Assembly (NCBI GenBank): GCA_030141605.1
Contig: JAQGDQ010000915.1
Location: 16,814 to 80,813 of the forward strand
Source of the DNA: Tubiluchus corallicola
Taxonomy: Eukaryota; Animalia; Priapulida
Length of the DNA: 64,000 nt
Reading direction: 5' to 3'
A model generated the notes under the pieces. That model saw only the letters and a list, made by a program, of their open reading frames with translations, was not told the origin of the DNA and did not search any database. A program made the position numbers and the translations under genes. Numbering within the stretch: the first letter of the stretch is position 1; every line of letters starts with the position of its first letter. Positions 1-10,599 of the stretch are shown here, in pieces.

Positions 1-234
1 CTAAGACAATTCCCGCAACCGTACTGATGACGTTATCAATGCGATGACGTCATCATCTCGTAAGTCCTGCGCATGCGCAACAAACATTTATTTGCAATTT
101 TCAATTACCTTCCTAATGAGCCATCGTGTGTACGAATCGGTCCACCATGAGGGAAAATATATGGTATTGAATACCAAAAAAGCTCAAAATTCACGTCGTA
201 ATCACAGGTCGGCATAAACTTTTGGCCACGACTG
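1..234. mobile_element. Terminus of a Tc1/mariner-type DNA transposon (runs off the window start)
   Basis: 211-236 reads on the minus strand TA-CAGTCGTGGCCAAAAGTTTATGCC, a Tc1-like TIR start next to a TA target dinucleotide. The partner end is not in the window. Confidence 0.55.
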
Positions 235-642
235 TATTTTACAGCAGACCTGTATTTTCTATGCTACATTCAGCAAATCTTATAGGCGGCAGTAACATAA
301 AAGTTTTTTAATACCTGGAATGAATCTGTATGATATAGATTGCCAGTGTTTGAGATTTTAGAAATTTTGAACTTTTCTCACTGCACAAGAAAAAACGTTG
401 TACATTTTTGTTTGCACACTACCTTCTTAGCAATTTAGTTTCCTATGGATGTTCTAGATGTGTTAATCCTTCTCAGAAACATAGATCTTTCCACATAATA
501 GTTGTTTACAGGCATTTTAGTTTACTATAACGAATCCTAAAATAAAATCACACAGATTAGTACAACTGTTCTTAAATCCAATCTTTTATCCAGCCTCAAG
601 CATCTTATTTGCTAAGTTTTCTATCAAAAAGTTGTACACTAA

Positions 643-1332
643 TAATTACAACCTCATCCAGTTTAACAAGAAGGTATCTCCTGTGAGAAAATTACAACCT
701 CATCCAGTTTAACAAGAAGGTATCTCCTGTGTGAAAATTACAACCTCATCCAGTTTAACAAGAAGGTATCTCCTGTGTGAAAATTACAGCCTCATCCAGT
801 TTAACAAGAAGGTATCTCCTGTGTGATAATTACAGCCTCATCCAGTTTAACAAGAAAGTATCTCCTGTGTGAAAATTACAACCTCATCCAGTTTAACAAG
901 AAGGTATCTCCTGTGTGATAATTACAACCTCATCCAGTTTAACAAGAAGGTATCTCCTGTGTGATAATTACAACCTCATCCAGTTTAACAAGAAGGTATC
1001 TCCTGTGTGATAATTACAACCTCATCCAGTTTAACAAGAAGGTATCTCCTGTGTGATAATTACAACCTCATCCAGTTTAACAAGAAGGTATCTCCTGTGT
1101 GATAATTACAACCTCATCCAGTTTAACAAGAAGGTATCTCCTGTGTGATAATTACAACCTCATCCAGTTTAACAAGAAGGCATCTCCTGTGTGACAATTA
1201 CAACCTCATCCAGTTTAACAAGAAGGGATCTCCTGTGTGATAATTACAACCTCATCCAGTTTAACAAGAAGGTATCTCCTGTGTAAAAATTACAACCTCA
1301 TCCAGTTTAACAAGAAGGTATCTCCTGTGTAA
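643..1332. repeat. 46-bp minisatellite, ~15 near-identical copies
   Basis: Unit AATTACAACCTCATCCAGTTTAACAAGAAGGTATCTCCTGTGTGAT repeated head-to-tail with no spacers. Confidence 0.97.
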
Positions 1333-2224
1333 ACTATCACCATTTAATTAGTTACAGGAATGTTGTTTGCTGGACACCTACTCTTATTTTCATTTCTTTA
1401 CTGTAGCCCATTACCACGAGAGGCCACTGGCCTTCTTTGGAACAATTAGTTTAAAAAAATGCTTGATAATTTCTGACAAATGCTTGTGTCCAAAATCCTA
1501 TGTTTCACACACTTGTAGGAAAGTAACTCGGGTGCAAGTTAATGGGTTGCCGGTATTTTGATGAATCAGACGTGTAATTTTCCGCTTGTTTTTGGTATTA
1601 GTTATACAAGTTTATTTTGGTCTGTTTGCCCCTGATTCTAAAGTTTGCTGTTTCAGTTAGCAAATCCTTGTACTACAAAAAAGTATTCCTCTTTTCGCAA
1701 AACCACCTTTGACCAAACGATGCAAAAGTCTTGTCAAAATTACAATTTAAGATCGCAAATGTTTCACAATTTGCTTCAAAACACTTTTTTGCATCCCAGT
1801 TTTGCTGTGTCAAAGGTCTGACAATTACACACACCAGTTTTTCTTTAAACATGGCAACAAACAACAAATTTTCTATATTATTTGAGCCCCCCCCCCCCGT
1901 GATGTCTAACAAGCTATGAAATCTACTGTCCAGTCTCCAATTGACAATAAGTCCTTCAAATTATTGGTAGGTTAGTAAAACATCCACCTTCAATTGGCAA
2001 ATTTTTCTAGTCAGTTTTATAACCTGCAAGTGCAAGTGCTAGAAGCAAATGCAGTCTTCACAACACGTTTGCTTATAAGTAACATTAAACTTGCTTACAC
2101 AGCCAGTTGAACTGTTGGTAGTGTTTGTCACACTCTCTATCAGGTCCGAAAACATGACAAAACAATTACATAATAACTGTGTACATCAAAAGCTACCTCA
2201 AAAAATGGTAATGCCGAAATTGCT

Positions 2225-2823
2225 TTAAAGACAGGATGATTTTTCATATAGTAGCCCCTTTCAAGTCCCATAAAAAGTACACATTTTAACACAATTAATA
2301 CTGCAAACGCGTTTCTGATAATAAAATAATAGATTAAAAACTTAATTAACGGCAGGCGAGCCCAACTATTGATGACATCACAAACTAACATAATTTTCAA
2401 CAGCAAAAATATTCCACGAGCGTGTTGCACGTGTTTGCAAAAGCGAAAATTTAAGTACAGTGCTACTGTAAGATAGTCAGTGTGTTGTACTAAAACAAGA
2501 CAAGTTTTAAGACAAAAATTCAAATTTCATATTTACCGCTGTGCTTACAGCATGAGCTGTCGAACGTGTGTAGTTCGTCACAAACTAACACATCTGAAAT
2601 GAGAGGTACAGCACCTGATTTTGCGTAATGCATTTCTGAAATGCAGGCTCTAGTGCCCGTTTAACTAGTGAATAGCGAAATGCATGTAACAGCGAGGAAC
2701 TACTGCGCGAACGTGAAATTTTGTTGGTCTGGTAATAATTCTTTCACGTAAGTCATTTTTGAAAAAATAGTATGTCTCCTTTCAATATTTTAAAGAGTAG
2801 ATTGTTTTGACCTACAGTTTAAG
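2225..2823 (+). mobile_element. Kolobok/T2-type MITE, family A, copy 1 (ends eroded)
   Basis: Colinear and clearly similar along its length to the TTAA-flanked copy at 12814-13401. Confidence 0.8.
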
Positions 2824-3642
2824 TGACATAGAGTTTTGCTTTAATAGAACACGTTATGTATAAGGACCATAATAAAGTTCAATGGGCAGCACTGAAACAC
2901 TTTGGAATGTAAACCAAATCTCAATGTGCGTTATTTTAAAGCTGGATTGCGATGATTTTCTTTTAAAGCTGTTTATAAGCGCCAACAGATTTTTATTATT
3001 GGCTAAATATCAGTCTAAGTTTGCAAGATAACTCATTCATCCAACCAAGAAGTGAAGATTTGTTTGATAGCTTTGCAAATGCTTAACAATTAATAGTATA
3101 ACTACGTTCATAGGGCACTACATTAAAGACAACAAATACAAGGCTCTCTTTGAGACTGCGAGACAGTAATCTCCCATGGCAGCATGAAACACAAAGGATT
3201 TTATTTTTTACTGTAACACGCTAATAACACACTGCAATAGAAAATCACTGGCCTGCAATTCAAAATGGCGGCTTGACAAAAACAAATGTATGCTAAAAAC
3301 AGCCCTTGATCAACACACTTTCGAAATGTACGCGTAGTATATAAACTATAGTCGTTGTAGCCTATTTGTCACTGCACCAAATGCATTGTGGGTAACCAAA
3401 CCATGCAGTCACATCATGTCGTTTGATGGAATTATTCGAGGCAAACCAATTCTGCCATTACTAAAGTGGGATCATTTTCTTAATAACTTGATCAGCAACG
3501 CCAGTAAAAGATTTCTAAACATTTTCACAACAAAATGGCTGCTTCTTACATTCAGTTTGTAACTGAAATTACAAACACGTGTCAATTGTGTATTTTTGAT
3601 GCACATTTTATTGTTACACGTGCTAGACAGTGATGTGAAGGC

Positions 3643-4032
3643 TTAACACAAGTTGAGGAAAACGGTTAAAAGCACCATTAAGAAAGCACGCGAAACTGAA
3701 CTCCTGAACAAACTTCCTGAAGCTTTTACAGCTCCGGCTGGCTGAAGACTATGTTCATATTTCTCATCATACTTATCACGACAAAGGTTATAATTGTTCT
3801 GATTCTCACAGCATCCCGTATATATACTTATGGTTCTTCTTCCTTTGTCTTTGGAGCAAACATAACATATATCTATGGTCTTTCTGCCATCTGGCGTCTT
3901 CTTCGTGCATCTTCCCATATCTTTGCCCATTAAGATTTCCAGTTCGCGTTTTACTGTACAGCCACTAGAGGGAGCAGATGTTAGCACGAGAATGAGGAGC
4001 CCAATGAAAGCACATTTTGTATTATATTTCAT
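3643..4032 (-). CDS. Secreted or GPI-anchored cysteine-rich neuropeptide-like precursor (CHH/ITP-like six-Cys core), 129 aa in one coding exon
   Basis: The ATG at 4032 directly follows a T-rich tract plus TTGCAG splice acceptor. Protein: signal peptide MKYNTKCAFIGLLILVLTSAPSSG, then KR, then C-x13-C-x2-C-x14-CC-x8-C, then ASGS + spacer + hydrophobic AFLMVLLTVFLNLC-stop. AATAAA lies on the minus strand at 3612-3607. Confidence 0.8.
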   Translation of the reverse strand: MKYNTKCAFIGLLILVLTSAPSSGCTVKRELEILMGKDMGRCTKKTPDGRKTIDICYVCSKDKGRRTISIYTGCCENQNNYNLCRDKYDEKYEHSLQPAGAVKASGSLFRSSVSRAFLMVLLTVFLNLC

Positions 4033-4199
4033 CTGCAAATTAAGATTAAATTAAAATAAAATTAAGAATAAAGATTAGACAATTGTATGTCTTATAGTGT
4101 GCGGGATCGTACGCTGTTAAAGCATACATCTTTTAACATGCTGCAAATGCTGATGGGTAAATCTACTATGGTTTATATTGCTTAAATTTATTGTGGCAA

Positions 4200-5095
4200 A
4201 GTACTAGGCTGACAAATCACATTGCTTAAAATTACTACGGTCATATTTTGAGTAGGCTGACAGTCATGTTGCTTAAATCTACTACGGTCATATTTTGAGT
4301 AGACTCTCAGTCATGTTGCTTAAATCTGCTACGGTCATATTTTGAGTAGGCTGACAGTCATGTTGCTTAAATCTACTACGGTCATATTTTGAGTATGCTG
4401 ACAGTCATGTTGCTTAAATCTACTACGGTAATATTTTGAGTAGACTGACAGTCATGTTGCTTAAATCTACTACGGTCATATTTTGAGTAGACTGACAGTC
4501 ATGTTGCTTAAATCTACTACGGTAATATTTTGAGTAGACTGACAGTCATGTTGCTTAAATCTACTACGGTCATATTTTGAGTAGACTGACAGTCATGTTG
4601 CTCAAATCTACTACGGTCATATTTTGAGTAGACTGACAGTCATGTTGCTTAAATCTACTACGGTAATATTTTGAGTAGACTGACAGTCATGTTGCTCAAA
4701 TCTACTACGGTCATATTTTGAGTAGACTGACAGTCATGTTGCTTAAATCTACTACGGTCATATTTTGAGTAGACTGACAGTCATGTTGCTTAAATCTACT
4801 ATGGCAATGTTCTTGTGTAGGTTGACAGTCATATTGCTTAAATATGCCGTGGCAATGTACTTGAATTGGCTGACAAATCACATTGCTTACATCTACTACG
4901 GTCATATTTTGAGTATGCTGACAGCCATGTTGCTTAAATCTACTATGGCAATGTTCTTGAATAGACTGACAGTTATACTATGTAGTCATACAGGCTTAAA
5001 TCTACTAAGGCAATGTACTTGAATAGACTGACAATTATACTATGTAGTCATACAGGCTTACATCTACTAAGGCAATGTACTTGTGCAGGCTGGGC
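4200..5095. repeat. 47-bp minisatellite (~13 copies) grading into 47/61-bp variant units; intronic to the minus-strand gene
   Basis: Unit CTACTACGGTCATATTTTGAGTAGACTGACAGTCATGTTGCTTAAAT, period 47. Confidence 0.95.
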
Positions 5096-5334
5096 AGTCA
5101 TAACGTGCAGTGAGAAATGCTTTACCTACAGTCAAGTCGTTATACACGTACACTGTAATTTCGATTTACTTAACTTAGATTATTGTGATGGACCTGAAAT
5201 GAAAGATAATTACCTAAAATCAGACTGTAAACCAGTAAGTGTGTTTATAAATCATGTTAGAATGTACGTACTTTCTAAACGCGAGAAACAGGCGACCATA
5301 GTGTGCCACATGGAACGGTAGAGAAGTAGTATTC

Positions 5335-5400
5335 TTGGAGTCACCTATCCACTTACTTACCAAGCTCAGCGTTGTTTAGTTTCGAACGCTGGGTCGATGC
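5335..5400 (-). mobile_element. Degenerate 5S rRNA-derived SINE head fragment
   Basis: Minus strand AACTAAACAACGCTGAGCTTGGTAAGTAAGTGGATAGGTGACTCC resembles the 5S internal control region (box A to box C). Confidence 0.5.
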
Positions 5401-5707
5401 TGATACACTCCCTGAATATTAAGCTATTCTCTATTTTCACGAAATTTGTACAAAGAAATAAAAAATGAACGACTAATATGCATTAAAAAACTTTTGTACA
5501 AACATGACTTAGATGTGAAATCTATTAAACAAATCTCGTTAGATTGGCAGGCAAACTGCTATAAGAGGTGCCATAACCAAGAGAAGTGAATGAATAGAAC
5601 AAGAACTAAATTTTCATTAAAATTTCTTTCATCGATTTTCCTGACCAAATACGCGCCCAGAGCCTAGTGAGGTGTTTTGCATAAAGTTATAGATCAATTT
5701 TAAATTT

Positions 5708-5884
5708 CTTACTGTGAATTTATACAAATAAAGTCAGTTTCACCTTATATCAGGCTGGCTGTAATTTCTTGTAGTGGTGACTTCATTGCTCGAGACACGT
5801 GCAAGAATGAGAGCAATTAGCCCAGGACTGGATGCTGGAACACACTTCTCTCTGACGTGGTTACTTGGATACCAACTGACGTCA
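5708..5884 (-). promoter_or_regulatory. Candidate 5' UTR exon/promoter of the cysteine-rich peptide gene
   Basis: Minus-strand donor candidates ACA|GTAAGA (~5712) and AAG|GTGAAA (~5743), and a full CRE palindrome TGACGTCA at 5877-5884. The link to the acceptor at 4033 is an inference. Confidence 0.3.
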
Positions 5885-5987
5885 TAATGATTACACAAAA
5901 ATCTAAAGCGTCAACAAATTCAAATCGGTGTAGCTGTTTTCAACAATTTCTTACCAAAATAGTTATGGTTGGAACTTGAAAGCTTAA

Positions 5988-6447
5988 CCCTTTCATACCC
6001 ATTGTATCCCGTGGGATACGAGAATATTTTCTGCCTTTAAAATTAACAAAATTTTAAAACTGACAGTTATTTGATCTGTTAATAGTTATTTTGATTTAAG
6101 CCAATAACAATAGACTAAAAATGGTGATAAAATGGCAAACTAGAAAATCTACATAGCATAAAAAACTGCGCAAGGTGCAGTACTTTAGAGACGACTTTGT
6201 ACAGATCAGCATAGCATGCATACTAAATGTCTTAAATACTTTAAAAAAATTATCAGCAGTTGCAAAATGAAGCACATTTTATGCTTCCATTGAATCCCAA
6301 TGTATCCCGTGGGATACAGGCTATATTTAGCACGCGGGCACAGGTAGAAAAAAATAATTATTATGTGTGAACAAGATGGACATACTGAACAAAACTACCA
6401 AATCAAAAAAAAAATTCTTATTAAAAAATAATTTGGGACTGAAAGGG
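5988..6447. mobile_element. piggyBac-type MITE (460 bp)
   Basis: TTAA|CCCTTTCATACCCA ... TGGGACTGAAAGGG|TTAA (12/14 TIR match). The internal quasi-palindrome TGTATCCCGTGGGATAC occurs twice (6003, 6301). Confidence 0.9.
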
Positions 6448-6675
6448 TTAACACTGAAAATGTAGAAACAGTGACGAAATCACGCCTAGAACTACAACAA
6501 CGCCACCCAATATTGTTCCGAAGTTTGTCAGCATTGTCATGAAATTACGATAACTATTACTGAAATGTTGTTGTCGGCGTCACTGTCGCCGTCGTTATCG
6601 TCGTCGTCGTCATCATCGTTGTTGCTGTTTCATTTTTTTGTTGTAACATTCTTGCATTGCTATGTTATCAGTGTC

Positions 6676-6676
<1 letters not shown>

Positions 6677-6741
<65 letters not shown>

Positions 6742-6742
6742 T
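6677..6742. repeat. (ATA)n microsatellite
   Basis: Direct reading. Confidence 0.97.
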
Positions 6743-7013
6743 TACCAAAATTGTATTTCTTATTACTATCTTCAATTCTTTATCTATGTTTCGTTATCTG
6801 CCTGTTTTAAGTTAACAGATCGCGACTAAAAAGAATTTTAGAAATCTTCATGCATCCAGGGACATGATTTTGTTCACCTCTGTTCTACTGGTTGTTGAAT
6901 AGCTATTTCTTCACTGGACAACCATCAGCTAGTTTTATTTTCCTTGCCCATTTTAGAAGAATAACTCGATACTCGTTACCATGGAATTACTCTGCATCAT
7001 CATCTCCTGAAAG

Positions 7014-7210
7014 TGCGTCATGACACATTGCGTCATTCATATGACGATAACAATTCGTTGCCATAGCAACGATTGTTTTTCGTTCTTGACACATTACGTC
7101 ATTCATATGACGATAACAATTCGTTGCCATAGCAACGATTGTTTTTCGTTCTTGACGCATTACGTCATTCATATGACAATAACAATTCGTTGCCATGGCA
7201 ACGATTGTTC
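7014..7210. repeat. 66-bp tandem repeat x3, each unit carrying an RFX X-box palindrome
   Basis: GTTGCCATAGCAAC at 7057 and 7123; GTTGCCATGGCAAC at 7189. Confidence 0.9.
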
Positions 7211-7390
7211 TTCGATCTTGCAACTGACCTAATAGATGTCAGTCTTTGTTCAGCCTCATTTCTTTCTTTGCTTTCGATGCGAGAAAGGCGTTATTATTTG
7301 CAGCCTGTAGTGCGTTCTTTAGTGGACTATTATGGGCTGTTTTGATTTTTTATGCAACCGCGAGCGCCGTGAGGACCGTGAGGACCAACC

Positions 7391-7726
7391 GGTGCCTAGA
7401 TGCTGGAGGATCCGGACCATATGGTCTAGGGCCCGGGGGCAAGTCGCTCCTATGCCCTCAGTCCATTCGTCTTCTGGGACCTCCACGCGTTGTAGTGGTG
7501 AGGGAGAGTCTTCCGGGACAACCGTGGGGGCGGTTCGTCTTGGAAGCTCGAGTAGTATGGTGCCTAGACGCTGGAGGATCTGGACCATATGGTCTAGGGC
7601 CCAGGGGCAAGTCGCTCCTATGCCCTCAGTCCATTCGTCTTCTGGGACCTCCACGCATTGTAGTAGTGAGGAAGAGTCTTCCGGGACAACCGTGGGAGCG
7701 GTTCGTCTTGGAAGCTCGAGTAGCAT
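7391..7726. repeat. 168-bp GC-rich direct duplication (2 copies)
   Basis: GGTGCCTAGA... starts at 7391 and again at 7559, with only scattered substitutions. Confidence 0.95.
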
Positions 7727-7864
7727 GGGTCTCCCTCTGGTTGAGTGCTGAATGTCATTCTTAAGTACCAACCTTACAGTACTATGCTCTCACATCTGGG
7801 CTCTGGTCAGGACAGCCACTATTGGACTGTCAGAGCCCCGTAAGGTGCCTCGGGGGGGGGGGCT

Positions 7865-8043
7865 GGCTCGCGGTAGTGCGTGCACTACAGGGGTGTGTGA
7901 TGCGTTAGGCGTAATTGCCTACTAAAGCTAACTGTAGACGAACAGTTGGCACACAGCCTCTCCACACCCAAGACTCCTGCGTAACCTCCACGAGGTGCGA
8001 GCTGGTAACTGCCCCATTACAGGAGCAGGCTAATCAGCAGGGG
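7865..8043 (+). ncRNA. HDV-like self-cleaving ribozyme with a long J1/2 insert
   Basis: P1 GGCTCGC (7865-71) / GCGAGCT (7997-8003) with a first-position G.U wobble. P3 ACC/GGT around L3 TCCACGA. P1.1 CC (7988-89) / GG (8004-05). P4 CTGCcCC/GGaGCAG. J4/2 G-C8030-TAA. P2 CTCCTGCgtA / TcaGCAGGGG. Confidence 0.8.
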
Positions 8044-8125
8044 ATCTCGGAGCAGTATGGAGCCCCAGAGGTGCAGTGCTGAAAGGCACTCACCATTCCA
8101 TACCCCAACTATGGGTTAAATAGCA
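7865..8125 (+). mobile_element. 5' UTR remnant of an RTE-clade non-LTR retroelement (no ORF follows)
   Basis: The HDV-like ribozyme is followed by TGGAGCCCC and CTATGGGTTAAATAGCA, motifs recalled from RTE-type 5' UTRs. The sequence then returns abruptly to AT-rich DNA. Confidence 0.55.
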
Positions 8126-8886
8126 TAATATATTTCAGAGCAGATCTACATGTACTTAAAAACAGAAGTTTTTTTGTACTTTCTCTCATTATAGTGGAAA
8201 TTAAGTTCAATAAAAAGTTAACAGGTTAATTGTATTGTTTACTGTTTTTTATTGTTTGATTTTTGTATGTATAGTAGATTAAACGCTTTTAATTGTTTGC
8301 AATATTTATGCAGAAAATCGACTTTAAATGAAATTTGTCTTGTCTTACTATATTTTATCTTACGCTTCTCCTCTCCTCTCCTCTCTCCTCTCCTTTCCTC
8401 TCCCCATGCTCTTTATTATTGTAACAAATTATTATTATTGTAATTTTTGTTTTTGTGTAAGTTTGTGTGATTTGTTTGTATTGATTTTTCTTTTTATATA
8501 ATGTTGAATGTTGTAAATACGTCACTTATAATATGAGCTTCAGTTTGAAATAAAGGATTAAATCAAATTAAATCAAATCCTTTCCGCTCCTCTCTTGTTT
8601 CGCCTCTTTCGTCTAGCACATCTTCTGATCTTACGTTAATTTTAATGCTAATGAACATGGAAAATGATTTACTTCATAACATTTCCGTACAAGGCAGTGG
8701 TGGATAAGGCACAGGCTTTATTAGTTGCGACCATGAGCCTCCACCAGCTGAGGGGCCTCCAGAGATTACGCAAAGTTAAATTACCGTGAAATTACTACAG
8801 AATGAGAGCAGAATTATGCTGAATTATCTCTTTGAAAAGCGCTCAATTAATTAATATGCCGTAGAATAATACATTATTATTATTTA

Positions 8887-8923
<37 letters not shown>

Positions 8924-8964
8924 TATTATAATTATTATTATAATTACTGTATATAATTATTCTA

Positions 8965-9170
8965 TGGCTACATAGTAGACTGTCAGCCTGTTCAAGTACA
9001 TTGCCGTAGTAAGTTTAAGTAACATGACTGTCAGCCTATTCAAGTACATCGCCTTAGTAGATTTAAGCCTGTATGACTACATAGTATGACGTCAGCCTAT
9101 TCAAGTACATCGCCTTAGTAGATTTAAGCCTGTATGACTACATAGTATGACGTCAGCCTATTGAAATACA
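8965..9170 (-). repeat. Inverted copies of the 47/61-bp minisatellite family found at 4200-5095
   Basis: GCCTTAGTAGATTTAAGCCTGTATGACTACATAGTAT is the reverse complement of 4975-5011. Confidence 0.9.
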
Positions 9171-9171
9171 T

Positions 9172-9458
9172 CGTGCAAGACTAAGACGAGTAGGCACATA
9201 TAACGAGATTGCCAGAAACAACACCAGTAAGATTAGCACCAAACGAGGCACTGAAACCTACTAAACGATCTCCAGGCAAACCAAAAACAACTTGGATGTC
9301 AAGAATTAACAAAGATTTACAACAGCTGGAACCAAACCTAACAATAGCATCACAGGAATTGAACATTTTAGCTGCAGAAGGGAAACAGTGGAGTGCTCTA
9401 ATCAAAGGATAGAGGCTCTATGTCTATAATAGATGTTTAGAACAACAGAAGTAGAAGA
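9172..9458 (+). mobile_element. RTE LINE 3' end fragment
   Basis: Reads RARLRRVG/HITRLPETTPVRLA...KRSPGKPKTTWMSRINKDL...QWSALIKG, a typical RTE ORF C-terminus, followed by an AGA-rich tail. Confidence 0.85.
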
Positions 9459-9589
9459 TTCGCTCACTTTTCAACAAGATTTGTTTCAGTTTAATGGCTG
9501 TCGCAGTTTAATGCCAACAAGTGTGTGGTGCTACAACTCAAAACACAAATTCCAGCGCGGTATTATCTGACTGGCAAAGAGATAACAAT

Positions 9590-9710
9590 ATCTTAGAATA
9601 TAATGACCTTGGTGTAATTATTTCTCACGACCTTAAATCTTCTGCTCATATAACTGAAATAAGCAGGAAAGGAAATCAAATGGCAGGCTTGATCAAGCGA
9701 TGTTTTGTAA
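9590..9710 (+). mobile_element. CR1-group LINE reverse transcriptase fragment
   Basis: YNDLGVIISHDLKSSAHITEISRKGNQMAGLIKRCF matches the CR1 KDLGV..DL...H...KAN...GLIKR.F motif. Confidence 0.85.
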
Positions 9711-9779
9711 ATGTATTTTTCCGATTAGACGTCTAAAAGCAGGAAGAGCTGTAATTTTCGGTCGTATTTCGAGTGGCTT

Positions 9780-10460
9780 TTTTTAACTGTTAAGATTAGA
9801 AATCCATAATGCAAACAAGACTGTACCATGATGTACTCTGCACTATATGCGGATTAGCTTTTTGGAAGGAGTAGGATTTTGCAACAAAATTCGCATTGAC
9901 AAGCACCACCTACCCAAAAATTTGTGAAAAATTATTAAAAAGCTACCACATTAAATAAACAACAAAAAACAACGTCAATAAGAGATGCTTACGAGTCTCA
10001 ATGTTAGTCATCGAGGAAGAAAATGTAGTATACAAGATACAAACGTTTCGTTTCTCCAATGAAACAAACAAGAACACCCACATTTCGTGATTCTCTAATG
10101 AAAATTTTCAAATCGCTATATAAGGAATCAGCCTATTGCCATCCATAATATCCTGCATGAACAACTCGTTATATTGACAACTCGTTACATGACCAACGAA
10201 CAACAAATACGTTCACGCGTTTATAGTTATCGTCTAACATAACTACAGCAAAATAAAAAGTGAAAAGGATAGGACCCAAAAAATCTCCTTGAGGTACGCC
10301 GATATTAAAACAGAGTGGAAGCTCGTCCTTCCTCCACAAAACTGACTATTGTCACATTAAACTGCACATCTCGCAAGAAATAACACAGTTTAGACAAGCA
10401 TTTGTGGAAGTTGAAAGTTAAAATGCAATGCTGTCTTTCCACCTTCTCTATTATGAGCAC
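9780..10460 (-). mobile_element. Highly decayed L2/CR1-group LINE RT remnant
   Basis: Minus strand gives IGVPQGDFLGPILF (~10303-10262), a downstream YVDD-like remnant and a KILLL-like motif near 9880, with frameshifts and deletions. Confidence 0.65.
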
Positions 10461-10599
10461 GACTAGCCGCTATTTTTAAAAACATAATCTTAAGGTCAAC
10501 CACATGAAGACAGAATAATATCACATTCAGCAAAGTGGCGATTCGTGAAAAAATACCTTGCCAGCTTGTTAGACTTTGAAACTATATACAACGAAGGAA

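Noticed and set aside
643-1332. CRISPR-like regular repeat
   Set aside because: Head-to-tail units without unique spacers, no cas genes, eukaryotic context. The same applies to the 47-, 63- and 30-bp arrays.
1367-2140. Short ORFs suggesting a decayed coding region
   Set aside because: No recognisable motif or consistent frame; cannot be supported.
7478-7540. Second HDV-like core in the 168-bp repeat (GACCTCCACGCGTT)
   Set aside because: An L3-like word is present, but no convincing P3, P1 or J4/2 could be built.
7246-7771. Overlapping 139-172-aa ORFs on both strands
   Set aside because: Expected from a GC-rich in-frame 168-bp duplication; no domain features.
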